From Orbicella franksi (lineage: Eukaryota), in NCBI GenBank assembly GCA_964199315.1, contig OZ116707.1, positions 2,976,001 through 3,040,000 of the forward strand: a stretch of DNA of 64,000 nucleotides, given 5' to 3'. A program made the translations under genes and the position numbers. The notes beneath the pieces are model-generated. The model did not search any database. It was not told the DNA's origin and worked only from the letters and a program-made list of their open reading frames with translations. Numbering within the stretch: position 1 is the stretch's first letter; each line of letters starts with the position of its first letter. Of this stretch, positions 1-12,149 are shown in pieces.

Positions 1-368
1 AAAAAGAAAATTTTGTTGCTCTCTTCCTTTATTTGGTCTGATGCAAAAGTACATGAAAGTAAGATTTCAAAACATTTTTCTGCAATTTTGCGGCGTAACC
101 AGCGTTGCTAAATAGCTTTGCCCTTTGTCCTCTAAGCACACAAGTCGGGTATATGGTTGAGCTGATCTCTATATCCGACCGAGCGGACTTACCGTCGACA
201 AAAGCTACTAAAGTTTATGCTCGAAGTTATTACGTGCACAACGTCGCATGCGGGCTCTTTCAGTTATGCATTTTGCGTAGCATGCGAATTGTCGTGTGCA
301 AGGCCAACTGAACAAGTCAACAAGATAAATAATAAATCCTGCCTGAAATATGTTACCGAGGGTGTTAA

Positions 369-1232
369 CTCTCCAAATGGATTACCATAGGTGCTTATGG
401 ACACCAAAAGTTAACTAACCTTTTCGGGATCTATTGTGCCAATGAGGACATCATTGATTGTTTCTTCTATGATGAATCTATTGGAGGAAGTGGTTCAAAT
501 GAGGTAACATCTCTGCTGAACTATCTTCTGAAAAGCCTTCAGGAAAAATACGGTAAATTCCATCAGCTTATACTGTGGGCAGGTAACTCGCCGGCTCAGT
601 TTAAAGAATCCTACTTATTTTTTTCTCTAGACCATATTGTTAGAAAGGGAGAGTTTCTAAGAGTGGACCTTAAATTCCCACTGGAGGGACACTCATTTGG
701 CTGTATTCAGCAATTCTTTAACACCAAAGAAAAAATTGAAACTCCACAGGAGTGGGAAACGACACTACGAAACAGCTGCTTAAATAACGTTAAAAGTTAC
801 TGGGTGAATTTGGATTGGATTATGAACTATAAAAGCTTTCTAAGAATGAAGTGCGTTGCTAGAAGCGAGGACATTGAACGCGAGAAATTCCAAGTAAGGA
901 AGATCACATTTATCAATTTTGGTTCTGGAGAAATAACCGATCAGGATGAGAACTTACAACTAAGCTGGCACCCGGAAATCCCACTTATAAGGTTTACAAT
1001 GGATACAAAAGAAAAGCCGAGAATTGTCTCGTTTCTGAAGAAAAAGCAAGGCGTGGAATTGAATGCGGCTGAACATTTGGTTCCAGCGAGACTAGAAAAG
1101 AAACCCATTCATGATGATGTTAAGCAAGACTGTATAAAGCTAGCTCAGAAATATTTATCTGAAACTGCAAAACGTTTCTACGCCTCATTACCAGCAAGCT
1201 CTGATCAAGACATGGATGACAATGACGACTGA
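369..1232 (+). pseudogene. Sola-like DDE DNA-transposase remnant (C-terminal half)
   Basis: The frame is open from 369, upstream of the listed ORF: ...KLTNLFGIYC...CFFYDESIGGSGSNEVTSLL...LILWAGNSPAQFKE...LKFPLEGHSFGCIQ... This matches the 'W-E..G.RG.NE..S.L / LW.DNC.GQ.KN / KF...GH' pattern of Sola-type transposases. The catalytic D of 'W.DN' reads G, and the N-terminus is missing. Confidence 0.6.
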
Positions 1233-1265
1233 AACATTTACCCCAGAAGAATGAAGTTAGTGTTA

Positions 1266-1562
1266 GTATAGGTGATCGTATGAATGCGAGTGCATTCATA
1301 AAATTTACATTACTCCTTATATTTGAAAACTCTCAAAATTGCACAAGCCTTTAGGCGAGTGCAATTTGAAAGAATTTTCCAATATCAGGAGTAGTGTAAG
1401 TCCTTAATTGCTCAAGCTCTCATACAATTACTTATTTATTATATGACTGAGAAAATTGCGAACGCCCACGCGTTGATTTGTACTGCAGTGCAAATTAAGA
1501 ATTGACGACAAATTAGCCTGCTCTTAGCCAATCACAATGAAGTAATTTTCTTGGTCGTATAA
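1266..1562 (-). mobile_element. Non-autonomous Crypton-type element with ~170-bp terminal hairpin
   Basis: On the minus strand it begins TTATAC...TGTGATTGGCTAAGA and ends in an imperfect palindrome (1266-1438, centre AAAATTGCACAAGCC-TTT-AGGCGAGTGCAATTT) followed by CTATAC. These termini and this layout match the Crypton at 55356-57152. Confidence 0.65.
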
Positions 1563-2047
1563 TGTCCGTAGGGTGCTAACTTAGAAATTCAGATCCAAAG
1601 AAAAGTAGTATCATTCCAAATTGTGAGTTTTAAATTCAACTTTTACCACACTACCAGCGAAACCAAACACAATTGGATTGCATATCACAGTTAAAGTGAC
1701 AAACGCTTTCATGGTAATGGCGGGTAAAAAATTGCGTTTTTGGTTATTGGTTATTGAAGATGATTTCCAATTGAATTCCATTTTTTTAGAAGGATTTATC
1801 ATTTATCTATAATGTTGACACCTTCAGTACTGTTTCCTCCTTTCGTTGGGTTAAATTTGAGCAGTTTTCGCGATTGCCTACGATTCTGAGTACCTGTTTG
1901 CTAATACGGATTGCCATTTGTTGAAATTTTGTAAAATATCTAGTTAGCTAATATTTCAGACTCGCGAAATTTACCCACTCAATTCCACTTTCGAGTAAAT
2001 AGGACCCGACGAAATAAGTAACAATGATAGGTATTTAGCCTCTGTGT

Positions 2048-2256
2048 CAATCTCATTCCCAGAGTCTTGGTCATCCCCTTGACCAGCGATCGGAAATTAA
2101 GAGCTCTGGGAGCAACCATTTCAGGCCTGCGCCATAGATGCACACTGCACAGTAAAAAAGGATGGGCAGAATTCGGTTATTTCAAAATGGTTGCTTCCAG
2201 AGCTCTTGTTTTCTGACCGCTGGTCGAGGGGAATGAAGACTTTGGGAACGAGATTG
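2048..2256. mobile_element. MITE with ~72-bp TIRs and 9-bp TSD
   Basis: TIRs CAATCTCATTCCCAGAGTC.../...GACTTTGGGAACGAGATTG; direct repeat CCTCTGTGT at 2039-2047 and 2257-2265. Confidence 0.9.
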
Positions 2257-2821
2257 CCTCTGTGTCAAAAGTTTGAGACAAGAGAAACATAACTCTTGCT
2301 CACAAATAACTCATGTGGGGTTAGTGGTTTTAGCTGGCCCACTGCAGGCCATGATCAGTCAGAAAAAAATCAGTCAAGCCAAATGCAAGGTTTATTATCA
2401 CGTGTATTTTAATAAAAAAATATCTACTAATTAGTTTAACTCTTTTCCTGACAACGCTCTGTTCACCATTATCTATATGAAACAGCATATATAACAGTAT
2501 ACAACTATATAACAGTAACTTCGTTTTTGCTATTAGTAGGTGGCTAAGTATTTAAATAATTCCTAAGAAATTGAAAGGGATGCAGTTCAGGATGAGAGGC
2601 ATTACATCAGAATCCGGAAAATGCATTTGTACACTTGCTAATTAGTTAGATGGAATGAAACGTTTCCATATAAACGTGTATAAAGTTACACTTTGTTTGA
2701 AGGGGGTGGGGACAATTTTTACTCACGAAAATTAAGGCATGAACCAGGCCTATAAATTACGGTGTAGAGAAGGGTCACAAATTAGTCCAATACTCTGGTT
2801 CAAGTCATACCCTAAGATTCT

Positions 2822-3528
2822 TTAGTAGAATTCTACTACTATACTAATGAAAATGCTGTAATCTGATTGGCTGAGCCACTGCACACTATCATGCATTAGT
2901 GTGCAGTAGCTTGGTGTGGTCAACAACATTGCAATGTTTCCTTGATTCTACGAAGTTTTCAAAGAGTACTCAGAAACAAACGGATAAACAAAATTCCTGA
3001 GAAGACTAAAAGGAGGGCATTTACATGCGGTTTCTTGAATTAAAAAAGGTCGAAATGTTTGAAAGATACTGATAAGCATGCGTACACAACTGCAAATGTC
3101 AAACTGACAATTAATTCAGTCCATGCGAATTCCCTAAAGCGTGAAGTTTAACACTAAGACCAGAAATAATTAGAACTGTTACTTGAAAGAAATTTCAGTT
3201 AGAATTCTACTAAAATAATTAAATTACTTGCCCTCAATTTCTATTTAACAATCAGATTACGAGCTCGAAATTTCAAAAAATCTCTTATCGAAATCCTCCT
3301 CGCAGACACTTCGAAAGAAGTGGCTGTCAATTTGTTGACAAGGGCACACTGCTGCGCCACTCATTATCTATCGATCACAAAGTAGCTAGTGAGAAGCGTA
3401 GCCAATCAGAGAACGGTATTCATGATAGAACGCTAGTAGATATATACTAAGAGGCGATATTTGATTTGGCCTACGGCCTCATCAACTATCAACTCGTAGA
3501 AATCTCGAGCTCATAATGTAATTGTTAA
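2822..3528 (+). mobile_element. Non-autonomous hairpin-ended (Crypton-like) element with a second inverted copy nested at 3245-3450
   Basis: 5' end is the palindrome TAGTAGAATTCTACTA followed by CTGATTGGCT. TAGAATTCTACTA recurs at ~3200, and a 3' hairpin with centre GGCCTACGGCC lies at ~3468. The 3245-3450 segment carries the same two end types in reverse orientation and splits TTTCTAT|GAGGCGATA with no TSD. Confidence 0.55.
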
Positions 3529-4031
3529 TTAGAGTTCAAGCACATTAAGGTCTGGATCATAGCAAATAGTTGATTCATGAAAATGTCAGTGGAACAAAAT
3601 ATAGCAGTTCTGCCTACTTAACCTCATCAACATTTTCAAGTGTACCCAACATTTGAGGAATTGGTGGTGGTTGACAAAGAAGCAGGTCAACCATTTCGGT
3701 CCTGTAATGTTTGGAATTAGCGTATCCCTCGTTTCGAGATGGTCGAAGGTCACTAATTTCCCCCAAAAACCTACACCACTCTTTAATACGAAATCAAGTA
3801 CACTCCATTCTAAACATAACAAAGGTAGATAATTTAAAAAAACCTGCGTTATTGACCAACAAGAGTGGAAGTCTATGCCAATTCGATTTCACCGACATGT
3901 AAGAAAGGACTCCAATTTAGTTTTTAGCAGAAGAAAATATACATGTCAGCTTAGTAAAACAATTCAGGATAACCATAACCCACCTGACTACTTGGGTTCT
4001 GCTGTTTCCCGTTAAATTCTTGATCCAGGCC

Positions 4032-4692
4032 TTAAAGGGCTTGAGAGGGAATAGTTTGACTGTCTGCATGACATTCCCAATCCATATCGTTGTAGTTCCA
4101 TAGGAACTCTACGGTTTCGGGAATATCATGCAAGGCAACCAGAAACACTCTTGGTCTTCCTGAATTTTTTAAAGCTACAAAGGGTCTCAAATTTGCGTGG
4201 TTTCGAGAGTGGTTGATCAGTGCCCCCAAGTCGGCCCGGTTTCTTCGTTTCCTTGGTAGGGATCGATCCTAAAAACAAAATATAAAACAAATAATGCGCA
4301 TTATTAAATCGTGTATACTTGTATTTCAGCCGTGGCTATAGGTTTAATTAGTCTTGACTCATATAGACAAATTGATCAAACTCGTTTCATTTGTCAAGTT
4401 ACCATTAATTATACTAAGGGTCGCCATGGTTATTGAGATAGCTCTGTTAATGAACCGCCTTTTGAAGATCTTACATCAAACAAGGTACTTACGCAATTTG
4501 GCGGCCTCCACTTTCAATGACCCTCAGGGTGCAAATTTTGCCCTCCCTGGCGTATTTCTCCTCGCGGATGGCCGCTTCTACCAATGAAACATGCTCCCCT
4601 TGATATTCTACCACTATTTCGCCCCTTTCGATGTTGTGGTTTGCAAACGCACAGCGACCTGCCCCTCTAGGGTCACTGGGAACATCATGGAT
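4032..4692 (-). pseudogene. SET-domain lysine methyltransferase (PR-Set7/KMT5A-like), two SET exons
   Basis: Exon 4493-4692 (AG/GT flanked): GRCAFANHNIERGEIVVEYQGEHVSLVEAAIREEKY. Exon 4032-4268: IDP...LGALINHSRNHANL...RVFLVALHDIPETVEFLWNYND. These give the VEY.G, INHS and EL.YDY motifs of PR-Set7. There is a 1-nt frameshift near 4230. Confidence 0.8.
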
Positions 4693-4763
4693 CTGTAAAA
4701 TGAAAGAATGGGATAAATATTCAGGAAGATGACAAAACATGTTAGTAAAAACATTAAAAAAAC

Positions 4764-6240
4764 CTTGTTTGACTCGGGAAACTTCGTATACAGCCTTAGC
4801 TTCGTTTAGAAATCTTCGGAATAGCTTTCGTGACTTTTGATATTCTTTGGATGTTTCTCTGTAACCTTGGGAAATATTCTAAATTTTCGGTTGCGTTCAG
4901 GCAAACTTGGCCAATCTTTGTTGGAAAAAAATCAGATGGCCTCCCGTGATATTCAGAAGCCTTCCAGTGGTTGTTACTCATCTTCGGAATACTTCGGATT
5001 ATGTTGGAAAAGTGATCTCATATCATTCGCAAGTAAATTATATATGGTATTGCCTCCTTGGTTTGTATGGTACATGTAGTAAATAGCTATCGCTGTTAAA
5101 AAAAAAAACCTTGAAAAATCTTTCGCTTTGGTTGGTAAAATAAAACTCACCTCTATCAGGGGTAATAGTGGAGGATTTGCGGCTATGTAATTTTGAACCC
5201 GTTGTTGGGTGTAACGCCCACCAAATTCATATCCTGGGCAAGTCCGACGAGCGCGGCGGACTTTAAGTCCTCGGTATCCGTGAACGTGGTTGCTCATCTC
5301 TGTCCTCACTTGCCATCCATTAAGTTGACTGTGTGTCGAAATGGCGTTTTTCGGTTGCTGTAAAAAAAACGCGTTAAATGTGCAAATAGTGTCCCCAATT
5401 AGTGTCTTTCTATAGCTAAATATTCTGATCTTTGACGTGATTCATTCATTCGTTAAAAAAAATATCTATTTCTTTCTCTTCACTCTTGTTTGAAACATAG
5501 AATCACAGACCTATGAACGAAGCAAATTTTAAAGCAATGATCGCTGCAAAATACTTACTCTGTTAAAACTGTTTCTCTTCATTAAAAACTTTGTTTGGCC
5601 ACTAACACTGTTGTTGTCCGTCCACACTCTAACCGCGCTTTCGTAGGCCTCGAAAATCTGGGCCGTGGACACAAAGTTACCCGGGCTTTGCTCCACACAA
5701 GAAGACAAAAATTTAACTAGAAGTGGACATCTAGCCCCTCTTTTGTGCTTAAGCATTACCCTGCGGATGTTTACGAAGGACATCTCTGCTCCTTGATGGC
5801 AAGATAGGCTACATACAAGTGCCAATGAATATTTTCCCACAGAAACTTCACATGGGCCTTAAATTTATTCAAAAGCACAGGAATTTGTGGTTAACACGGG
5901 GTTCGTGTTCCATTTGGTCAGGGTGTAGTAACTCCAAGAGAAACTCTTTTTCATTGCTATGCAGTCTCTCTGGGAACGCATTCATTTTTGATACAGAGCA
6001 GTTTGTTGTTTTTTGGGTCCAGGGTGGGCCAGAGATAAATTTGTTCAGATTTTTTAGTTTTATCATTCCATCTCCCAGAAAACACCAAACAGGACCTCTT
6101 GAGAGGCTCAATAGTAAGAACAAAACAAGTTTTTCGCAGAATAGCCGAACATACAAGTAAGCAGTAAGCAAAAGATGGAGAGAGGTCAGAAGTCTACAAA
6201 AACGTTTATAGTGGTAAGTATTCATCCATAAGTCTGTCAT
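4764..6240 (-). pseudogene. Upstream exons of a decayed gene including a winged-helix (RFX/D5-C-like) segment
   Basis: Exon ending 5559 (FLSSCVEQSPGNFVSTAQIFEAYES...NSFNR|gtaagt) joins in phase 0 to a stop-free 69-codon exon at 5151-5357 (QPKN...GWQVR...HGYRGLKVR). A further AG/GT-bounded exon at 4764-5092 carries stops. Confidence 0.45.
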
Positions 6241-7240
6241 GAAATATTCATATCCAGAATGGCACCCATTATGCTATTTATTTGCCGTCTTTAACTTTTG
6301 AGAGGTTCTGAAGCGAGATTGTTTTTATTCAGTCATGTGGTCTGGGTGATTCCCTGCTGTATCGATTTACGTAATTTTAATAAGTAAATACTGCTGTAGT
6401 GCAACTTACTCAAGGGAACGAAATTCCGTAATATGTTTTACTTAGTTGAGAGTTCACTTTAACAAGGTAAATTAATAAAAGTTTCTCATCTCTGTTATTC
6501 CAGAAAAATTTATAGTGACGACGATCGCTCTCAAACTCTAAACACTCGATATTTTTTTCAACATTTTTTTGATATATCAATTTGTACTAATATGTGCGGA
6601 GTGGTACCTGACCCCCGGGGGAGGGGGAGATTTCAACGCACTTTAGTTTGCTGTCATTAAGTTATGCTTGCAAAGAGCTTTTATCTGATATGATGACAGT
6701 TAAGCCTGAATTCATCCACAGGTGGCCCAGAGATTCTAGTGTCATTTCCTTTTTGCACCAGATGAAGTGTGGAGTGCGGAACTTGGTAAGCACTGCTTAC
6801 ATGACTCTATTAGGCACCAGCTGTTATTGGGCTGTTTGGACCTGGTTTTCAAAACATCAGGTATATATATATGTATGTATATGTATATTTTTGCCTGCAA
6901 GGTCCTCCCTTTAAAGCCTGTACACAGGCATAACAACCATATCATATGAACAAGGTATCATTTAAGCATACACTACACCTCAAAGTCATATCCATCTGCT
7001 AGTCTGCGTTTTTTTCATTCCCCCATTGTATAATGTGGGAACGAATGGCTTCTGGAAAAAAAAGAAAGGAAAAATCTTCAGGAAGTGTTAATACTAGCAA
7101 ATATAAAGTTCAAACCTAGAGAATTGTAAGATTAGAAGTTCCAAAAGAGAGCAAGTTCCATCGTCTTACATCTGTTGTATGTAGTGTCGAGAGAAATTTA
7201 TTCATGTACTTTACCACCACAAGTCCCATTACTTCCATTA

Positions 7241-8650
7241 CTAGCACAATTGAATACAGCTACAAAATTTACCTCGTCCAAAACCAATGTAAGATATTGT
7301 GCAGGTTTCTGTCAATTTTGATGTGAGTTCCTCCAATTTTAAAAGGTTACTGATTTTGCTTGAAGTAAACTTTCTCGTTGCCTGGCCATATCTTTGCTGC
7401 CTCCCTTCGTACAACAGCAAGCCTATTATAAAAATGTCATTCAAAATTTAATCATTTTCTAGCTTTGCCGTATGTAAAAGTAAATCTTATTAGGATGGTA
7501 TTATTATGTTGTCAAGTATTATCTCCCCACTTACTTCATACGATACAAGTTCTTGTTGGTCTCTGACCAATTCGTTTGGTCTATTTTCTTTACTTTCTTT
7601 TTCCAGTGAGTTGAACTTCCTGTTTTAACATGTTTCTTTATTCTCTGACATCATTTAAGAAAGAAAAAAATATTTGACCGCTTATTAAAATCTGGCCTAA
7701 AAGAAGACATGAACATGGAGATACCTAATTAGCTGAGCAGTGCATCACTGGTCTTCTTGGTTTCTTTTAGTGTAGCAGGCACAAATATTTAATATACTGA
7801 GTGTAGCCTCATCTTGAAGTAAAATAGTCACAGGTCTGCCATACTTTATCCAATAGTTTCATACTAAAAGGGAATTCCAAACTTAAGTAGTACAAAATTA
7901 AAGATGGTCACTTTTAGGCATTTGAAGAAAATGCAATGAACTTCATGAATTTCCTGTTGGATTCATGTGTTAAATAGCATATTTCGAAACACTGAACAAA
8001 CCTCACAGTCATTACTCGATATTATCAGAGATCTAGGCTTATCTGCAGGTTGAACTACTTCCTGAATCGCTTGGAGAATTTCCAACTGCCTTCCCACACT
8101 CGTTATGCTGATATCTCTTAACACTTGGCGGTCCATCATCGGTAATGCTTTCCCAGAAATTTTGGCTCCTGTCAAAGAATGAAATTCAACTGACATATGC
8201 AATTAAGGCTTAATATAACTTAATTTCAGTGTAAACTCTTCACAAAAAGTTATCTTTTATTGCGAGGGCACATACCTTTGAAAAGCGAAATTTCTTCCTT
8301 TTTAAATGAACCTCTTGGCTCAGAATTATCTGCCATCCACTGAACTAAGTGAGAGCAACTCCATTCTAAGTACAAAGAACTGGAAAAAATAAGCTTCTGC
8401 ACAACTTGTCAACTTCTGGTAAGCTCATCCCAAATATAAAAGAACTATAGATGTTCAGGCATTGTGAACTATTTACTTCTGTAATTCTCTGGCAAAGCAT
8501 TATTTTTGTCGGTGCTTTCATCGGCATTAACACTTGTCAACATACTTTTGCAGGGTTATGTTTAAAAAAGCTGCCTTCTAAGTTCCAAATTCTTGAAATC
8601 TTTCCACACTGTCTTCCACACTCACGTAAAACCTTCGCATTCCACTGAAA
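7241..8650 (-). pseudogene. Multi-exon SAM-domain ORF, divergent from the CACTA transposase
   Basis: Exon ~8270-8450 (EWSCSHLVQWMADN...EEISLFK|gtatgt) plus ~7965-8190 (AKISGKALPMMDRQVLRDISITSVGRQLEILQAIQE) fit the SAM pattern W..E.V..WL...F....I.G..L..L....L..LGI...G.R..IL.AI. In-frame stops are present. Confidence 0.6.
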
Positions 8651-8839
8651 ACTGCGAAAAATGGCGGGACAATTTGAAGCATGCGCGTTGATATTAGTAT
8701 GGAATGTGCATGCACAAGCTGCTGATCTAGGGGATGTTAGCTCTTGGACTGATTTGTCGCGGGAAAAATGGCGTACGATGGCTAGCAAAAAGAAGTGTGT
8801 CCTTTTGTTTGCTTTTGTATAGTAAATCAGGAAGCCATG

Positions 8840-11800
8840 AAAATCAATTCCAAATCAAATGGTCATGTTCATTGTCCTTGTGAAGTGTGCACTGGTGGGC
8901 CAGTCTATCCCACAACAGCATGGAGACACATTCAGCGATCGAAGAAAGCCAAGTTCTTGAATGAAGTTAAGATGAAGATTGCCCTTTGACAGCGCTGGAA
9001 AAGCCAGTAAACATTAAAACTTGTACAGGCGAAAGCGTTGACAATCGTGAGCACAACACAGCTTATGCGTGCGGATTCTATTCAGAAGACACACGTACTG
9101 AATTTTGCAACTTTGCTGAAAACACTGTAAACGAAGTTGATGAAATGGATTCAATAAGTAGCGAGGGCAGTTCAAGCTACAGTGATCTTAGTGGCCGCAT
9201 GGATGACTGGGAAGAGAATGATCCCCCTGGGCTTGATGATGATGATGTTTCTGATGGAAACGATGAAAATGAAGTTGATAAGTTCATTTTTGATGCAATT
9301 TTACAAGCTATTGAAATGAAGGAACAAATGGCAATCTCTATCCAGCATTTCGAAGACCTCTTAAACTGGGGAAAGAATCTTTACTCAAGAAACAACAATG
9401 AGGTGAATACAATATGGCCTTCTAAATGGGACGAAGTATGTTCCCTGCTTGAGACTATTGGATACAGCACCCCAAAACTGTACTGGGTATGCTTAGACTC
9501 AAGCCACCCCTGTCAGTTTGGTTTGCTTCAAAATAAAGAACAGTGCTGCCCCCATTGTGGAAAACAAGGAAATATACCCTATTACTACCCAAGCCTCACA
9601 AGCAAGGTTAAAAGGTGGTGTTTCTCTCCTTCAATGTGCAAGAAAATAACTTGTCACTGGCAACAAAGGGATCACTGGTTGCCACTGGACAAGAAAATGG
9701 GCTATGGTCATGGTCTTAAAAAGGAGTTCTGGGATGGCAAACGTTTTGCAGAGTTGTCATACTTTTGGAATCCAGATGAAGATTGGGTTCTTCCTGTCTG
9801 TTGCCCACAAATTGACTGCAAGACTGTTATATCTCCTGAGGTTATCATGAATTCCCCAAGAGTCGCTGGTAGTATTGATGAGTGTGAAATAGAGTGTAAA
9901 GGATGCTATCATACTTTCAAATACAAGATCCAAACAACTAAAGGAGATCCAAGGAATATCGCATATGATGGTTTGTACACCTGCACTTGATATTAATCCG
10001 TTTTTCATTTTTATAATTTAATTTTTGAAAATGGCCTACATATAACATAGAGGTGTTCTGACAGCAAACATACATTTATAATGGATGATACCCCTGACCA
10101 CATTACTTTTAGACACATTTATTATTATATTATTATTATAAGCATTATTATTGTTATTGTTGTTGTTATTATTACTATTATTATTATTATCTATAAGACA
10201 TTGAACAAGTTGTTACCAGTTTTGTTGTTTGCAAATATTAGAAATAAGGAGTATGAGATCGATAAAGCCTCCCGGAGTCACCCAAATTAAAAACCCTATT
10301 TCTTTTCAGCTCATTGGGATAGATGGCAACCATTTAGTTCATCACTCCATGGCTGTGGAGCAATTGAGGTAACTATAGCAACAATGTCAAAAGTGGAAAG
10401 GTGCAAAGCTGAAGAGGTGTATGTGGTAGGATTTGTTCCATCACACATGCAGAAATATGGCACTACTATTACCCGGATTTCCTAAGACAGGGACACCATC
10501 CTGCAGAAAAGAGAAGTATCCTTGACAACTTGGAATTGCTAAATGAGATAGCTGCAGAGGACAGAAGTAGTGTTAGACAACGTCTCTCCAAAGAGACATA
10601 AGCTGCATAACCTTTATGGCTTTTTGTACGATAGAGACTTGGTTTATGATGAGATGCATACAATTCATCTTAACATTGTTAAGAATGCTATTCTAAATGA
10701 GAAAGAAGATGAGGAAAATGCAGTTGACTGGGCCAAAGCAGATGAATGTTTAAATAACTTTCCGTGGACCACAGAATTCAAAACTTCACGCATCCCAAAG
10801 GGTATAGAGAAACGTCTTGGTTACTGGAAAGCTGATGATTTCAACAAGTTTGCTTTTCCAGCCTCTGAGATTGTGTTCAATGGGCTTCTTTCACATGATC
10901 AACAAGAAGAATGGTTATGCATTGCTCGAATGGTGGAGTTTCTGCAGAACCATGCCAGGCATGGGTGGACAGAAAATGATGCTGAAACTTTTCACAAAAT
11001 GGCATTAAGGTATGCCATTTTACTTGAGGACAGAAAAGGTCCAACAGCTTGCACAATGATTGTTCACAATCTTCTTCATTTCAAAGAAGATACCATGAAT
11101 TTCAGTGGGCAAGACAATTACTCATGCTGGAACAAGGAAAGGGCAGTTAAGAGATATGTGTGTCAGCCAAATAACCACAAAAACATTGAATGTACTTTTG
11201 CCTCCAACGAAGAATGGCGCAAAGCTCTGAAGTTTAGAAAAGATCCTAGAGAAGAAGGGCCAAATCCTGGGAAAACTGATTCAAACAAATTGTGGGCTAA
11301 ATCTATCGAACAGGCCAAGAAAATGTATTTTACTAATGAACAGGCCCACTGTAGCGCAGATATAACAGGCATTCTTGTTGGGGGTGCAAACCCATTTGCA
11401 GTAAGTGGAACGGTACGGCAAGCTATTGCTAATGAACACTTGGTGCCTATTGCAGATGTCGAGGAAGTTGGCACACGTTGCCGTAGTGCTTGGTTTCCAA
11501 TCCATGGTTATGATGACCTACTTTTCAGAGAAAAGGAATCATTATCATAACTCAAGGTGGAGAAGTAGTTGTGGAGCTTTTCTGTGCATCTGTTGCTAAT
11601 AAATGCCAGCTGTTTTTCAAAGCAAAGAAATTTGATGATCAGGAATTTAGTGACAATGGTATGAAGGTTGTTGCAGAAACTGACATTGAGTTAGTTTCAA
11701 CACTTAAAAATATAAGCAGGAAAGTCATGCTCTTTCCCCATGGAGATAATGAGGCTGAAGGCGAGTGTATATGGTAAATGATTTCATGAGAAGAATTTTT

Positions 11801-12080
11801 CCAATCAGTCCTGACACAGTGGTTGTCCCCTATTATCCTGTGCAGAATGATATGATTTTAGTAAGAGGTGATGATGAAGATTCCTTGTGGAAGGCACTTG
11901 TTCTTGCATTCAATACAAGGCAGAAAATTGTGACAGTGCAGTTTTTTGTAAAACATCGTGACACAATATGGATACCAGAGAATTCACCGCCCAAGATGTT
12001 CATCTGAATAGTGTTCTTGGAATTGACCCTAATGGAAACTGGGCTAATCGTTATACACGCTGGGAGGAATTTCAAGATTA
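8840..12080 (+). pseudogene. CACTA/EnSpm (CMC) transposase, spliced, frameshifted and internally deleted
   Basis: N-terminal CPCEVC...TAWRH motif; acidic tract; CxxC; KEFWDG; intron 9971-10309 then HWDRWQPF...GAIEV...VYVVGFVP; later YDEMH, RIP...WKADDF, CTMIVHNLLH, YSCWNKER. Confidence 0.8.
10121..10190. repeat. (ATT/GTT)n microsatellite in the transposase intron
   Basis: attattatattattattata...gttgttgttattattactattattattattatc. Confidence 0.85.
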
Positions 12081-12149
12081 AGCACAAATATAACTGATGC
12101 AAGTGTAAAACTGTAAAAACAACATTTACTTCATCATTAACTTTCAAGC

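Noticed and set aside
6720-6860. Exon of a host gene (AG/GT-bounded)
   Set aside because: It contains a stop, has no recognisable motif and has no partner exons.
10081-10290. Ile-rich membrane protein ORF
   Set aside because: It is the translation of an (ATT)n microsatellite inside a transposase intron.
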